64,000 bases of DNA from an uncultured virus (IMG/VR IMGVR_UViG_3300025816_000007) (Duplodnaviria; Heunggongvirae; Uroviricota; Caudoviricetes): the IMG/VR virus record IMGVR_UViG_3300025816_000007. One strand, 5' to 3'. The position numbers and the translations under genes are program-made. This document shows positions 35,777 to 47,100 of this stretch, piece by piece (within the stretch, counting starts at the first letter, position 1; every line of letters starts with the position of its first letter). The notes beneath the pieces were generated by a model. It was given only the letters and a program-made list of their open reading frames with translations. It made no database searches and was not told the DNA's origin.

Positions 35777-38700
35777 TTCAATTCCCCCGTTTTTTCAGTC
35801 TTGGCTATTGTATTTAATTGCTCCATAACAGTTTGAAGCCATCTGTTAGTGAGGGGTGCACGCTTTTTCAATTCGGCTAATCCTGTGCCTATCCCAGCGA
35901 CAGGAATCACTATTGCGTCATATCCCCCATTGAATACACGCAAGAAGTCCTCCGACATCATCTTGACGGAGTTTTGCATATGACTATCATTCCAGAACTT
36001 TCTCGAACTGGCCTTTGTCCTCACTCCTATGGCATTCGGTTCATCACGGATTACCGCTTGACCGCCCTTCCCTGTTCTTTTTTCATTATCGCCAAAGATG
36101 AAACCGTAGTTTGGATATTGCCTCAATAGTTTTGAATCATACATCGTGCCTGTCACGATGATTGGAGGGAGCATGACTCCTGTATTCTTTGGAGGATTAG
36201 GCCGTATCAAGTGTTTTGCTAATTCTTGCGGGATTTTCCAGCCTTTCTTCTCTGCCTCAATCAAACGTGCTGCTAGTTCGGGGTGCTCCAAAGGCCATTT
36301 TGGATTTACATGCTCTTGATAGAATCCTCTTGAGTTTAGATTTCTTCGCTTTTTGCCATCAGCGCCTATCTGTTCTATCAAAGCCCCAATAGTTATTGAA
36401 TCCGTCAAATATTGCCCATGACCCCCAGGATATTCTATATCTTCCGGAAGGTCCCCAGGAGGATTAGGTTTTATTTGACCCCACTTTCCTGTTCCTTCAA
36501 GTGGAACTTGCTCTATTCTTAGATCTTGAGCGTTGATTGATTTATCTTCACGCCATTTCTTGAAAGATGGTTGTTGTAATACTGGTGCCCTAACTGTTCC
36601 TACATACAACAACTTCTTACCTTTCAATCTGAATACGGGGCAATCTTTGAAGTTGATATTACGATAAAGGAACTCCCCGACATACTTTGGCTTTACCATC
36701 TTTAGCATTCCTTTGCCCCTCACATCATGGGTTTCTCTTACTGAGTTAGAAACTACCCTACCGCCAAGCTTCATGTTAGGGGCATCGATTTGGTCTTTGC
36801 TCAATAGTTCAAGTAACTCGCCTTTCTCTTTGTCTGTTGAACCAATGACTGATTTACCCGCATAAATGAAATCACCATTAGGAAGCATCCAAGCTAAAGC
36901 GCCTCCACCAACAATAGATTCTTTGTTGCCGCCCTCTTTTCCGTGATAGTAGCCTATGATGGCTAAGTCTGCTGTGCCTTTCATCTTGATTTTGATTGAT
37001 TTGTTATCGCCATCAAATCTTAGAACCAAGCCCTCAAAGTTTGGCTCACTCATACTTTCCTCCCACAATTCAAGGACTTCCTTCACTCCCCCATCACTCT
37101 TCAACATTGGAACGCTCATGATTGATGGCAAGTCTTCACCAGCAAACAGGTTGTCCAGTGCCTCCATTCTTTCCCCATAAGGCGTGTCGATGTAATCCCT
37201 ACCGTTTAGTTCTAGAATGTCGAAGGCAGCAAAGCGGATTTGTTTCTGTCTCTCCATTGTTTTCGGAGCTACAATTATACTGCTAATCTCTTTCAACGAT
37301 AATGTTGCCCCTCCTTCATCAACAGCATACAATTCACCCAATATCTGTGCTGAATCAATCCCCTGTGATTGCAGATAATCAGTCATTTCATCCGTAATGT
37401 GGAAATTTCTTCTCCACCGGCCTCGCTTATTCCATACAACCGATTCATTTCCATTAAAGTGAATCAAAGAGCTGTCACCATCAACTTTCAAAGATACTGT
37501 ATATGGCCTATTATCATCAGCATACTTGTCCAGGAATCCCTCATGCACAGTTCCGTCTTCGTCAATAACAGTTCTCAAAGCTATTTCTTTACTGAATGAT
37601 TGCTTTTTCCATGCTTCTGCCTTATCTGGCATATCAGAGAATACACCATCTAGCCATTGATTGTGATATTTGGTTTTACCTTTATCAGTTTGAATACCCA
37701 TATCCAGTGCGCCATCGCCCTCAAAGACAGGAATATTCCTATAAAACTGCACATAGTCTTCGGGAGACACACTTGGGGGATTTTCCATGGCGTAATTGCT
37801 TTCGGAATTCCGATATGTTACAGACCCGCTAAATTTGGTTTGAACTATCAAGCCCTCTTTTTTCATGATACTGAGTATTCTCCCAATCTGCCGAGCATTC
37901 GGATGCATACGGTATCCAGCATTCTTCAATCGACCTTCAAGTGATTTTGCGGTGAATTCAATAGATGGATCTAAGTCTTTCACAAATCTTCGGACAATGG
38001 AAGTTTTGTCGTGGTGCGCTGGAGGATTCGCCATCGGTCTATTCCTCCACTTCTTGAATTCAGAGGCAATCATTTTCACATTCTTAGGTAATTCCCCCCT
38101 CTTGTTGGCTGCTATGAAATCGAAGTTCATGTTCTGGAATGTGGATAGCATACCTGTTCCGGCCTTCACCCTGCTTTCTATCTCTTCCTCAGTATGAACG
38201 CCTCTAGCAGTTAGAAGTTGCTTTCTTCTATCTTCACCCATTCCTGTTCTGATGAATACGCTGTATGTCTTATTGGGGAATGCAGCACGCATTCTTCTTA
38301 TACCCTCGAAGTTCGCATCAATAATTACTGGTTTTGAAATTGCAAAGTCTGATGCTCTGCGGCCATAGTATTCTCCATTCTTTTGTTTGACCCATAGATT
38401 CACTTCACCTGCAGTAAACTCCCCGTTCTCAATCATTTCCTCGAACTTATCTTTAGTGATAAACACGCCATCAATTCCTTCTTTCTCTTTAGGGCGCTTC
38501 TCACGTGTCATGTAAGATGGTATGATTTGCCCTTTCAGTTTCTTAGCTAACGCTTGAGCCATAGTTGATTTGCCCGAACCCGATGGACCACTTATTGTTA
38601 GAATGTCACCATACAAAGGTGTGAACTTTGGTGGGTTGTCCCAAATTATCCAGTCTGGACTGATGTTTGAGCAAAACTGCCCTGCGTTAAATTCTCCTTT

Positions 38701-41700
38701 AGGGTCATATGCGAGATTAATGTTTAACCATCCAGGAGGACTGTATTCACCACAAGGAGCATCATACATCCACCACCCTCGCTCCACTATTCTTTGAGGC
38801 GCATATCCCTCTGCGTAGGTAAGTTCTGGTTTTGCTGAAGGAATCAGTTTGAAAGCAGTAGAAGGGATTGTTGGAGGATTTATCATCGGCCTAACGCCAT
38901 ACTTCTCTTTCTCTTTACGACCAACCCATGCAACATTAGGACACTCGCCCATCTTTTCGCCCGTCACTTGAAGTGCATATCTCCAAGGGTCATGCCCCCA
39001 TATCCATAGACCTAACAGCTTACGCTTTGGTCGGCCTCTGTCGTCTAAGTAAGCACCCTGCATTCCTCTATGGCGTGTATTGAAGTTGATTTGCTTTTGA
39101 GCCCATTGCCAAAAGTCCAGCATTATGTCTCTGCCTCTGTCTTTTGATTTACGCTTAGACCATTCTTTAACAGGAGTCTCTTTCATTTTCAAGATTGCTA
39201 AAGCTGAATCTCTACCAGATGAGATCCCTGCTTCTTTAGCCTCATCTCTACTCAACCCTGCTCTTTTGTTGCCCCATTCAGAATCATAGAAGGTTTGTAG
39301 CTCATGTTTTGTCATGTTAACAAGTTCGAGCCATCTCTTACGGATCTCACGCTTCTTCTCTGTCGTCAATTCAGAACCTTTCTTTGGAATACCTGGAGGG
39401 TTTGATATTGTACTACCTTGCTCTTTGTAGCAGAATAGGCAACCACTAATACATAGTTTGTAGGAACCGACTGTACAAGGAGTGGGTTTTCTTTCCCTTT
39501 CATGCCACGCCATCGGCTCCCCTACCGAGGGTGCTTTCATTCCACCATGCCAAAACTCACAAGGCTTCCCGTCTTCCCCCTTAGTACACATCTTATCATG
39601 GAAGTGTTTGTCTGCGACTGTTTTTGCTTTTTCAAGAATCTTTTTTTCTTCTTCACGCCTTTTTCCAGTATATTCAGTTTCCCAACTCCACCTTTGACTG
39701 AAATTCTTCCGCATGTACTGTTTTACATATTCATCATGGTTTTTCCTAAGTGATGATAATTCTTCATGTAATCCTTCTTCATCTGTATACCATTCAGCTC
39801 CTTCCGTCACCCCTGGGTCGAATTGAAACACTGCGGGCGGGAAGTTCCCATGCTTCTTCTTCGGCAAAACTGGATTCCTTTTATCCGCAGGTGTTTTTTC
39901 TTCAAGTTTCTTCCACAGTTTCTTGATTCTCGGATGCCACGGTATTCGCTCGCCCTTCTTAGCACGTACTTTTTTGCGAGCCTGTTCACGGATTACTTGC
40001 TTTCCTGAGTCTGTCCTCATCAAAGCCTTCACCACTGGAGCAGGGAGGCAAAGGCGGGGCTTGCCACTTGCTGTTTGTGTCCCTTCTGCACCGCATTTCT
40101 GCGAATAATCAATTTCGCCCTTGTTGTTGACTTTGATTGAACGCCAGTCTTGGGTAGTCCAACCGTATGATTGGTAGCCCGGTGCCATTGGGTTCTTTTT
40201 GTCAGCGTAGAACGGAGCGTGTTCTTTTTGTTCTCTAAAATTCCACCAGTTGTTGTAAGGGTCATCAAGCCAACTACTGATGTAGTTTCCGTCCCAATTG
40301 GCATTCAATGATGCGTATTGGTCGCTCGATGGGACAGGGAAACGCTTTTGCCCCCAAGCGTGAGAATGTTTATGTTTCATTTTCATTTTTTCATAATCCT
40401 CATGGAATTGTTCTTCCGTGTATTGCACTGGGCGCAAGAAGTAAGACGGTATCGGGTCCATCACCGCATAGTAATGCCCATCAACGGAGAAGTAATCCGG
40501 TATGCGTTCTAATCGTTTCAGCGTTTTGTCTGCTGCTTCTGAATCGAGTTGTAGGATTACGATTGGGTCTGCTGGATTTTTATTTCCAAGCCATTTGACT
40601 ACGCCAAATCTTATAGCTACATCCAAGGAATCCGTAAAAGTTGGGTAATCTTCCTTGAAGTTGAACCATCTTGAGGCGAATATCTCCCTCGCTTTTGAAA
40701 GCGTAGTTCCGTGATAGTATGCATTATCTAAAACATCAGGTGCTGGATTTCTCTTTATCATCCAATGAGGATAACCAGTCCAACCCCTGTCCATGGCTTT
40801 GATGTAGTCGTGTGGAATGATTGGATTATTTTTAGTTCCAAACGGCTTTGTGTTAGGCCTTAATTCCACATACCACTGGGGCGGTTGTTGTTTGTCCAAT
40901 TTCATTTCTTTACGGTTTCGTCTAAGGTTGTATTTCTTCGGAACCCTAATACTTTGAATGTGCCATTTGCCTGTTGAAGATAATTTACCTGCTATCGCTT
41001 GAACGCCTTTGTATTTGTCAAATCTCCTTCTCCAACCATCCATGTGAATAGCTTTCCTACGATCTTCGGGGTCGTCCATTTGGAATGTCCTGAATGCCGT
41101 TCCATCAAATGCATCTTGGTCGAACTCCCATGGCACCTTTTGGCGGTGGGCAGTCCAGTTATCCGTAGGAGGATTTGATTTGAAAGCTGATTCAGACCTC
41201 TTCTGCCAATCTAATGAAACCGAATCTAGGTCTATAGGACCACCAGATGCCCATGTGTAACAGGTTCTAGCGGAATGGCATTTGAAGTGGTGCATCCAAC
41301 AGTAACCCAATTGCCCTTCTTTGTCAGATGTTTTTCCTGGCATGCAATCTTTCATTCTTGGACTGATATCGAAGGCAATGCAATTGCTACAATTCGAGTT
41401 TTTAGCGACTTGTGCATCAGTGTTCCACCTTTCTCCATATCGGACCCAATAATCTTCATCACTAAGATTAAGCGGACCATATTGAATGTGTGGTGCTTTT
41501 ACTGCGGCATCTCTGTTTTTGGTATTTACTTCAAGATTTTGAGTAGCCATTGGGCAAGTTGATGGAGGATTCAAAGATAGGTTCAGCAAATCAGAAACTG
41601 ACATCGACCCTGGTAAATCTAATTCTTTTGTTGGCGGTTCTGGTCCGTTTTTCTTCAATTGTGAAAGTGGAACTTGAAGTGAAAACGATTCTTTGACCGA

Positions 41701-44142
41701 GTATCTAACTTTGCTTTTCTCAAACATATCGTCAAGGCCATCGATTGTGGTCCCTAACGAAGTAATCACTGGATTCTTTAGCATAGGTAGTTTTTTCTTA
41801 CCCACTTCACGTAAATATGTCCTAACCGGAACCGCATCTGTAAATGTTGGTATTTTTATGCGCTCGTATTTGAGTTCTGTAGGCTCTACCCTTCCAATTC
41901 CCTTCTCATAGAAGGCTGGTTTCGGTAGGCTGTCGCCTTTGAACTTCCTCATCTCCGTATAATGTTCATAGATTGGTTGGCTTTCTTGTTTAGCAAAACC
42001 TTTGAAAGAAACATTCAATGTTAATTGTGCCTTAACTGGATCTATTAGCAAGTAGCCATCTTTGTACCCTGGTTGTAAAGCATGGTCCATCAGGTAGTCG
42101 AGCATCCTTCTTTTTGCTTCTGTAGTGAATCCTCTAAATGCGTTGGTAGTTCCAATAGGTACAAACGCCTCCACTGTTTTTGATTTACCATCAATTTTTA
42201 CACTCTCTTTTGAGATTAGAGCTAGAGCCACGTTTCCTACCAAATTGTTTTGAGGATTTTTGCCCTCGATGTCAAACGCAATAATTGTTGCATCTACCTG
42301 CATATCACCGTATAGATGCAAAGGTGATGCATTTTCGAATGTCATAAGAAGCTTGTTTGCGTACCCGGATTCCAATTCATCGCTAATCATTTCTGAGTAA
42401 TACAAATCAGAGTTTCTGTTAGACAACTCTACAAATTTAGCTGACTGGCTTCTGCAAGACTTAACTGTTGAAAGGGCAAGTGGGCGCAATAAATTGAAGT
42501 CTTTACCGTCTAATGCACCATATACCCTAACTTCAAGTTTAGAAAAGATTGCAATTGAATCCTCTTCATTAGTAGGTATTTCATCCATATCTACAATATA
42601 ATCAACTAATTCAAAGTCTTGATTGTCTCTTGGAGTCAAAACACCTTTAGCAATAATTTCTTTTATCCCCATAGATTCACAATAAGCAGCGAATTCTCTT
42701 GTTTGTTGGATATTTGTTATTGCATTTTCTCCATTGACGGCAAGATAACATTCGCCTCGATTGTAACTTAATATACACTCATAGCCAAACGGAATAGAGA
42801 ACACTTCAAGTGCGTTAATCAAATCATCAACTGTGCCTTCTTTAACTGCAGATGTTTCTTTCCTCATTTCAATCCATTTTGTTTTCATAGGATTCATTTC
42901 TGCTGGTTGATATTTGGTGTCCTTTGCTAAGTTTACACTTGATAAGAAATCGATTACTCCTGGAATATAAGTGCCTTTTCGATATTGAACTACTTGAGGG
43001 TGGTCGTCGTAATCAGTATCAAAAGATTCGGCATCATATACAGGAAGTAATACTCTGCCACTTTGCATTGAGGAAGGAGCTAAATCATGTGAACCTTCAA
43101 ACGGTCTGTTTGATGCTGTTTTTGCCCTTGCAGGTGCAATGTCCAAGCTAAGAGGCAATAGCATAACATCATTAGATCTTGTCGTAAATGACTCTTTACT
43201 TATTTTCAATTCGTACAGTGGCAAGTCAATGTCACGGTATGGTACTTTACTGTTTACTGCTTGAGAACCAGATGGTTTACCAATGCTGCCTAAGAAGTCA
43301 TAAGCATCATTTCTGGATACCAAACCTAAAGGTCCGCCTCCTATGAAAATAGCAGCAGTAGAACCCCATGAGCATACTAATGTCAACACTTTCATTTCTT
43401 TTTCAATCCTTTTTGATAGCCTTAAACTGCCATCGATTGCTTTCTTTGAAGTCAGGCCAATCGCACGTAGGCAAACTAATTCAGTTGCTTCGTTTGCTTT
43501 TACAGTTTCAAAACAAAGACCAGTTGTGTGATTGTTAAGCCCGATGCTCATTGCTGGAGCAAGTGTTTCATGTCTGCCCCTAGAGGAATCGAAAATAACC
43601 TTCTTTGTGTTAGGAATCAAAGCATCAATCGAAGGAAATACAGAATTAGCATACGCCTCCCTCATTTTTTGTTGCCTATTCACGAATTCCTCATTAGAAC
43701 CTTCTCGTTCTGCATTGATTGAAGTTATTGGGCGTGGCTCAATCAACGCAGATAAGTCAGGGCCAATCGTTGAACCTCGCTTTTCTGCACGATACAATAG
43801 AATCGCTTGGGCTTGGAAAGCATTTGCCGCCTGTTCTAAAGTTGCGCCTGGATAATCTCTGTCGATGATAATTGGCTTTTGGCCGTCAGCATTGATTTCT
43901 TTTGCTGCTTTTCCTTCTATCTCAACTCCAATCGGCAGTATTTGGCCTCCCAATCCACCCTTGCCGACTAGTTTAGCAACCCAACTGCGTATTGATTTTG
44001 TAAGTAATGGCCCTTCAACACCCTTACGCATTACCAAATTCCTTGCATATTTTGAGAATTGCTCCTCTGTTAAATCAGGAATTTTTTTGATGTATTGCTC
44101 TTTTAGTATGTGAGCCGCTACAGCATTCATTGGAGGTATCAA
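35773..44142 (-). CDS. 2789-aa NP(P)-delimited polyprotein-like protein
   Basis: About 14 modules separated by NP/NPP; includes ligase, guanylate kinase, ART-like and DUF3140-like domains. Confidence 0.85.
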   Translation of the reverse strand: MIPPMNAVAAHILKEQYIKKIPDLTEEQFSKYARNLVMRKGVEGPLLTKSIRSWVAKLVGKGGLGGQILPIGVEIEGKAAKEINADGQKPIIIDRDYPGATLEQAANAFQAQAILLYRAEKRGSTIGPDLSALIEPRPITSINAEREGSNEEFVNRQQKMREAYANSVFPSIDALIPNTKKVIFDSSRGRHETLAPAMSIGLNNHTTGLCFETVKANEATELVCLRAIGLTSKKAIDGSLRLSKRIEKEMKVLTLVCSWGSTAAIFIGGGPLGLVSRNDAYDFLGSIGKPSGSQAVNSKVPYRDIDLPLYELKISKESFTTRSNDVMLLPLSLDIAPARAKTASNRPFEGSHDLAPSSMQSGRVLLPVYDAESFDTDYDDHPQVVQYRKGTYIPGVIDFLSSVNLAKDTKYQPAEMNPMKTKWIEMRKETSAVKEGTVDDLINALEVFSIPFGYECILSYNRGECYLAVNGENAITNIQQTREFAAYCESMGIKEIIAKGVLTPRDNQDFELVDYIVDMDEIPTNEEDSIAIFSKLEVRVYGALDGKDFNLLRPLALSTVKSCRSQSAKFVELSNRNSDLYYSEMISDELESGYANKLLMTFENASPLHLYGDMQVDATIIAFDIEGKNPQNNLVGNVALALISKESVKIDGKSKTVEAFVPIGTTNAFRGFTTEAKRRMLDYLMDHALQPGYKDGYLLIDPVKAQLTLNVSFKGFAKQESQPIYEHYTEMRKFKGDSLPKPAFYEKGIGRVEPTELKYERIKIPTFTDAVPVRTYLREVGKKKLPMLKNPVITSLGTTIDGLDDMFEKSKVRYSVKESFSLQVPLSQLKKNGPEPPTKELDLPGSMSVSDLLNLSLNPPSTCPMATQNLEVNTKNRDAAVKAPHIQYGPLNLSDEDYWVRYGERWNTDAQVAKNSNCSNCIAFDISPRMKDCMPGKTSDKEGQLGYCWMHHFKCHSARTCYTWASGGPIDLDSVSLDWQKRSESAFKSNPPTDNWTAHRQKVPWEFDQDAFDGTAFRTFQMDDPEDRRKAIHMDGWRRRFDKYKGVQAIAGKLSSTGKWHIQSIRVPKKYNLRRNRKEMKLDKQQPPQWYVELRPNTKPFGTKNNPIIPHDYIKAMDRGWTGYPHWMIKRNPAPDVLDNAYYHGTTLSKAREIFASRWFNFKEDYPTFTDSLDVAIRFGVVKWLGNKNPADPIVILQLDSEAADKTLKRLERIPDYFSVDGHYYAVMDPIPSYFLRPVQYTEEQFHEDYEKMKMKHKHSHAWGQKRFPVPSSDQYASLNANWDGNYISSWLDDPYNNWWNFREQKEHAPFYADKKNPMAPGYQSYGWTTQDWRSIKVNNKGEIDYSQKCGAEGTQTASGKPRLCLPAPVVKALMRTDSGKQVIREQARKKVRAKKGERIPWHPRIKKLWKKLEEKTPADKRNPVLPKKKHGNFPPAVFQFDPGVTEGAEWYTDEEGLHEELSSLRKNHDEYVKQYMRKNFSQRWSWETEYTGKRREEEKKILEKAKTVADKHFHDKMCTKGEDGKPCEFWHGGMKAPSVGEPMAWHERERKPTPCTVGSYKLCISGCLFCYKEQGSTISNPPGIPKKGSELTTEKKREIRKRWLELVNMTKHELQTFYDSEWGNKRAGLSRDEAKEAGISSGRDSALAILKMKETPVKEWSKRKSKDRGRDIMLDFWQWAQKQINFNTRHRGMQGAYLDDRGRPKRKLLGLWIWGHDPWRYALQVTGEKMGECPNVAWVGRKEKEKYGVRPMINPPTIPSTAFKLIPSAKPELTYAEGYAPQRIVERGWWMYDAPCGEYSPPGWLNINLAYDPKGEFNAGQFCSNISPDWIIWDNPPKFTPLYGDILTISGPSGSGKSTMAQALAKKLKGQIIPSYMTREKRPKEKEGIDGVFITKDKFEEMIENGEFTAGEVNLWVKQKNGEYYGRRASDFAISKPVIIDANFEGIRRMRAAFPNKTYSVFIRTGMGEDRRKQLLTARGVHTEEEIESRVKAGTGMLSTFQNMNFDFIAANKRGELPKNVKMIASEFKKWRNRPMANPPAHHDKTSIVRRFVKDLDPSIEFTAKSLEGRLKNAGYRMHPNARQIGRILSIMKKEGLIVQTKFSGSVTYRNSESNYAMENPPSVSPEDYVQFYRNIPVFEGDGALDMGIQTDKGKTKYHNQWLDGVFSDMPDKAEAWKKQSFSKEIALRTVIDEDGTVHEGFLDKYADDNRPYTVSLKVDGDSSLIHFNGNESVVWNKRGRWRRNFHITDEMTDYLQSQGIDSAQILGELYAVDEGGATLSLKEISSIIVAPKTMERQKQIRFAAFDILELNGRDYIDTPYGERMEALDNLFAGEDLPSIMSVPMLKSDGGVKEVLELWEESMSEPNFEGLVLRFDGDNKSIKIKMKGTADLAIIGYYHGKEGGNKESIVGGGALAWMLPNGDFIYAGKSVIGSTDKEKGELLELLSKDQIDAPNMKLGGRVVSNSVRETHDVRGKGMLKMVKPKYVGEFLYRNINFKDCPVFRLKGKKLLYVGTVRAPVLQQPSFKKWREDKSINAQDLRIEQVPLEGTGKWGQIKPNPPGDLPEDIEYPGGHGQYLTDSITIGALIEQIGADGKKRRNLNSRGFYQEHVNPKWPLEHPELAARLIEAEKKGWKIPQELAKHLIRPNPPKNTGVMLPPIIVTGTMYDSKLLRQYPNYGFIFGDNEKRTGKGGQAVIRDEPNAIGVRTKASSRKFWNDSHMQNSVKMMSEDFLRVFNGGYDAIVIPVAGIGTGLAELKKRAPLTNRWLQTVMEQLNTIAKTEKTGELK
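36466..37782 (-). other. lig: ATP-dependent DNA ligase domain
   Basis: Motif I KVDG, III ILGELY, IIIa FAAFDIL, IV EGLVLR, V KIKMK, then an OB-fold region (TADLAIIGY). Confidence 0.85.
38029..38637 (-). other. gmk: Guanylate kinase domain
   Basis: ISGPSGSGKST, SYMTREKRPKEKEGIDGVFI...FEEMI, YYG, SVFI. Confidence 0.85.
38881..39402 (-). other. DUF3140-like domain
   Basis: LVNMT..EL, SGRDSA, F.TRH, IWGHDP. Confidence 0.6.
40195..40749 (-). other. ADP-ribosyltransferase-like domain
   Basis: YYHGTT...A..I, TFTDS...A..F, VILQLD, IP..F pattern. Confidence 0.5.
41572..42894 (-). other. Degenerate DNA-ligase-like domain
   Basis: Collinear by eye with the active ligase (VDATIIAF/TADLAIIGY; LVGNVALAL/IVGGGALAW) but lacks KxDG. 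Confidence 0.5.
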
Positions 44143-47100
44143 GAAGTTACCCCCGCTAATGTTTGCAACACATCCATTGCAGTTATGCCACCAATTTCCT
44201 CGAATCCATTAAAGCCAAAAGTATCGAAACCTGTGAACGCATTTTGCCAGTTTGTTTGCACCAATTGGTCAATAATTTCCTTTTCGCCTGGTGGAGTTCC
44301 AGATTCTGGAGGAACAAATGCTTCGAATAAAATCAATGCACGCTTCGCAGCATTTTTCGCGGCTTCCTTACTCAACGGTCTGTTTGGTGCAACATCATGT
44401 ATTGCAAATTGAGGGCCATCAACCGATTCTATTTCTTGGGATAGTTTGGTTGCTGTTGAGTGTATTATTTGACCTGCGCCCCTAGCTTCACTAATATTTT
44501 TTACAATTTCATTTTGGTCAGTCCCAATATTGTTAAAGAAACCTTCTAATCGAATAATTAGGTCTTTTGCGCTAGGAAATTTCAGTGTATTTTTTTGTAC
44601 GCTTGGAGGACTTGTGGCTGGCGGTGGGGGTGGAGCCTCATTTAGTCCGGTTGTTCCACCACCTCCACTTTTAGGTTCACTTTCACTTTCACTTTTTGTT
44701 CGTTCTTGTTCTTTTCGTACTTGAATCGCCTCTATGTTTGAAATTCTAATCACTTTTTCTGCTTCTGGCGACTCTTTTGTTGGGTCTGGACAGTTTCTAT
44801 TGGTTAAAATCGAGAATAAGAATGCATGACCCATATCTTCATGTACAGCCTCTACGAAGCGTTCCACCATATCTGCGTATCCGGATGCTATGTCTTTAGC
44901 CGTTTCAAGGTAAGACATTGCTTTGGCAGCATGGTAAGCTGCCGCTACTTCTGAAAACGCTTCAAGATCTACTGCGTTGTTGGAATAAGACCACTTTAGA
45001 TAATTTAATACATCGTTCTTATTCATTTTAGCATCGGATTTCATTTCTGCAGGCGAAACGGGCATCCACGTTGGAATTTCAAGAACTGTTCCTGTTTGGC
45101 CGAACCATCTCAATACTAGCCCGAATAAGGCTGGTGAAGGCGTGTTTCTTTCTGCATCAGCAATCATGTCTCGCCAATACTTACTCAAATCTGCTGTCTC
45201 TTTCGAGACCTTTCCTTTAGTTTGGGTCTTTCTTTCGAATACCAAACGGTTTCTAATTTGAGCGAACATGAGTCTGTAATATGATATCATAATCAAAGAA
45301 AAGCCATTCATCAAACCTGTAAAATTAGCTACATTAACAGAAGGAGCAACTGGAACTTTGAAAAACTTAGGCGATGTATCGCTAAAATCGCCAATGTCGA
45401 TGAAACCTTTTTCATTCAATAGATAAAGTAAGGTTTTCTTTGCTGGCTCTGTCAAGAATGACTCCAATGAAAGCATTGCGCCTTGCTGAAATATGTCTTT
45501 ATCAATTGACTCCCATCTTGAAATAGGATTAGTCACAATAGCAAATAGATATTGATAGTGTACTATGCTATGGAAAACTGCCATGCCTGGATTTTTATTT
45601 GTACCAATCAAAGACATAACAACTCTATCGAAATCAGAAGTTAGTGCCGTATCTTCAACGGTACTCACTGCTCGCTTCGCTGAATTAATCATCATTTCTT
45701 CCACCACATGCCCTAAAGCATTGAAAGCTCGTGCGTTGTGCCGAGTCAATTGATTTTGTTGTAACCCTGTGCTATCGGTGTAAGCCATAATAGCTTCAAC
45801 TGACTCCACTACACCCTCAATAGATTGGTCTTTTTCTGTGTTGTATTCGGGTTCGGGGGGCATAACTGCTGCACTTCTTGTGAACCATTCAAATTTTTTC
45901 AACAAATCAGGCTTGGTGATTCCTTCGATTAGTTTTTTTCTGTCTAAGTTCACTGTCGTATATGCGCCATCATCAATAATTGTTGTCGATACAGTGTCAC
46001 CCACTGTGCTTACAAACGCTTCGTATTCAGTGTTGAGAACATCATACAAATCGCTTTCTTTAATCGGTAGGGTTTCTTCATTATTTCTAATGTATAGAAT
46101 CATGTCGAGGACATGATTGAGTCCTTCGCTGAGGTGAAGAAATCTGCTACTGACAGAACCTATAACCGAGAAAATTTGGGAAAATTTAATGTTTAGCACT
46201 GCTTCCAAAAATGACTTCTTGCGGTTTGTTTCTGAATATAAAATCACCCAGCCAGGAATATTTACTAAAGTCCCATCGGTTATCAGTTGTTGTGAATTTT
46301 TGTCTCCCAAGTTAGTTCTCAATTTTAGTCGGTCCTTTTTAGAGTCGGATGGATCGCTTTCTGCAAATACTTTCATTGATTCGGCTACTGCAAAACTACC
46401 ATTTAGGAAAGGAATCGTTATTTCATCGGACTCCTTAACCATTTTCATGTCATTTGGTTTGTGCGTCAAAGAAATCTTTTTGGTTGGCATTTTAGAATAA
46501 ATTTGTTCTTCAACAGAATCGTAGAATTTGGTTTTTTGGTTTGTGGGTAAAATAGTGAAGAACTTTTGCAACATTCCGTATTTCACATCTAAATCCCAGG
46601 GATTGGGTTCCTCGATATCTTCAATATCTTGAGTTAGGGCTTCCTCAACCCAATCATCGGGATATCTGTAAATTGTCCTCAACCTGTCAAATGGGAATTT
46701 GTTGTCTATTTTTTCGTCGCCTAAATCCCCCTCAAGTATTTTCCTTAATTCTGTTTCAATGTCAAAATCATCTTGCCTAGAGATATTGATTCGGTCAAGT
46801 ACTAGCTTGTTGTCCCGTAGTTTGGGGAGAGCGTCGTCTGTTATTTTGCTTGCAGAAAGGTAAAAACCCAAATAACGCATCATATAGTATTTGGTGATGG
46901 GTGACATTCCGGATTCTTTTGATATGACTTTATTATTGTCTGCTTCTTTGTCCTTTGGCTGTAAATCCTTCATCAACTTGAATCTTTCAATCAATGCCTT
47001 GTTTTCCTTTCCTTTTAGAAAAGATGGCGTAGGTTCGTCACCCCATACTTTAGGGCTGAAGTATCGTAATTCATTTTCTTTTTCTTCTATGGCAGGGAAG

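Noticed and set aside
35773..44142. Inteins or an assembly chimera as the cause of the 2789-aa ORF
   Set aside because: No intein C/S...HN-C/S/T termini or LAGLIDADG motifs seen; the ORF is continuous and junctions share the NP motif. A chimera cannot be fully excluded without reads
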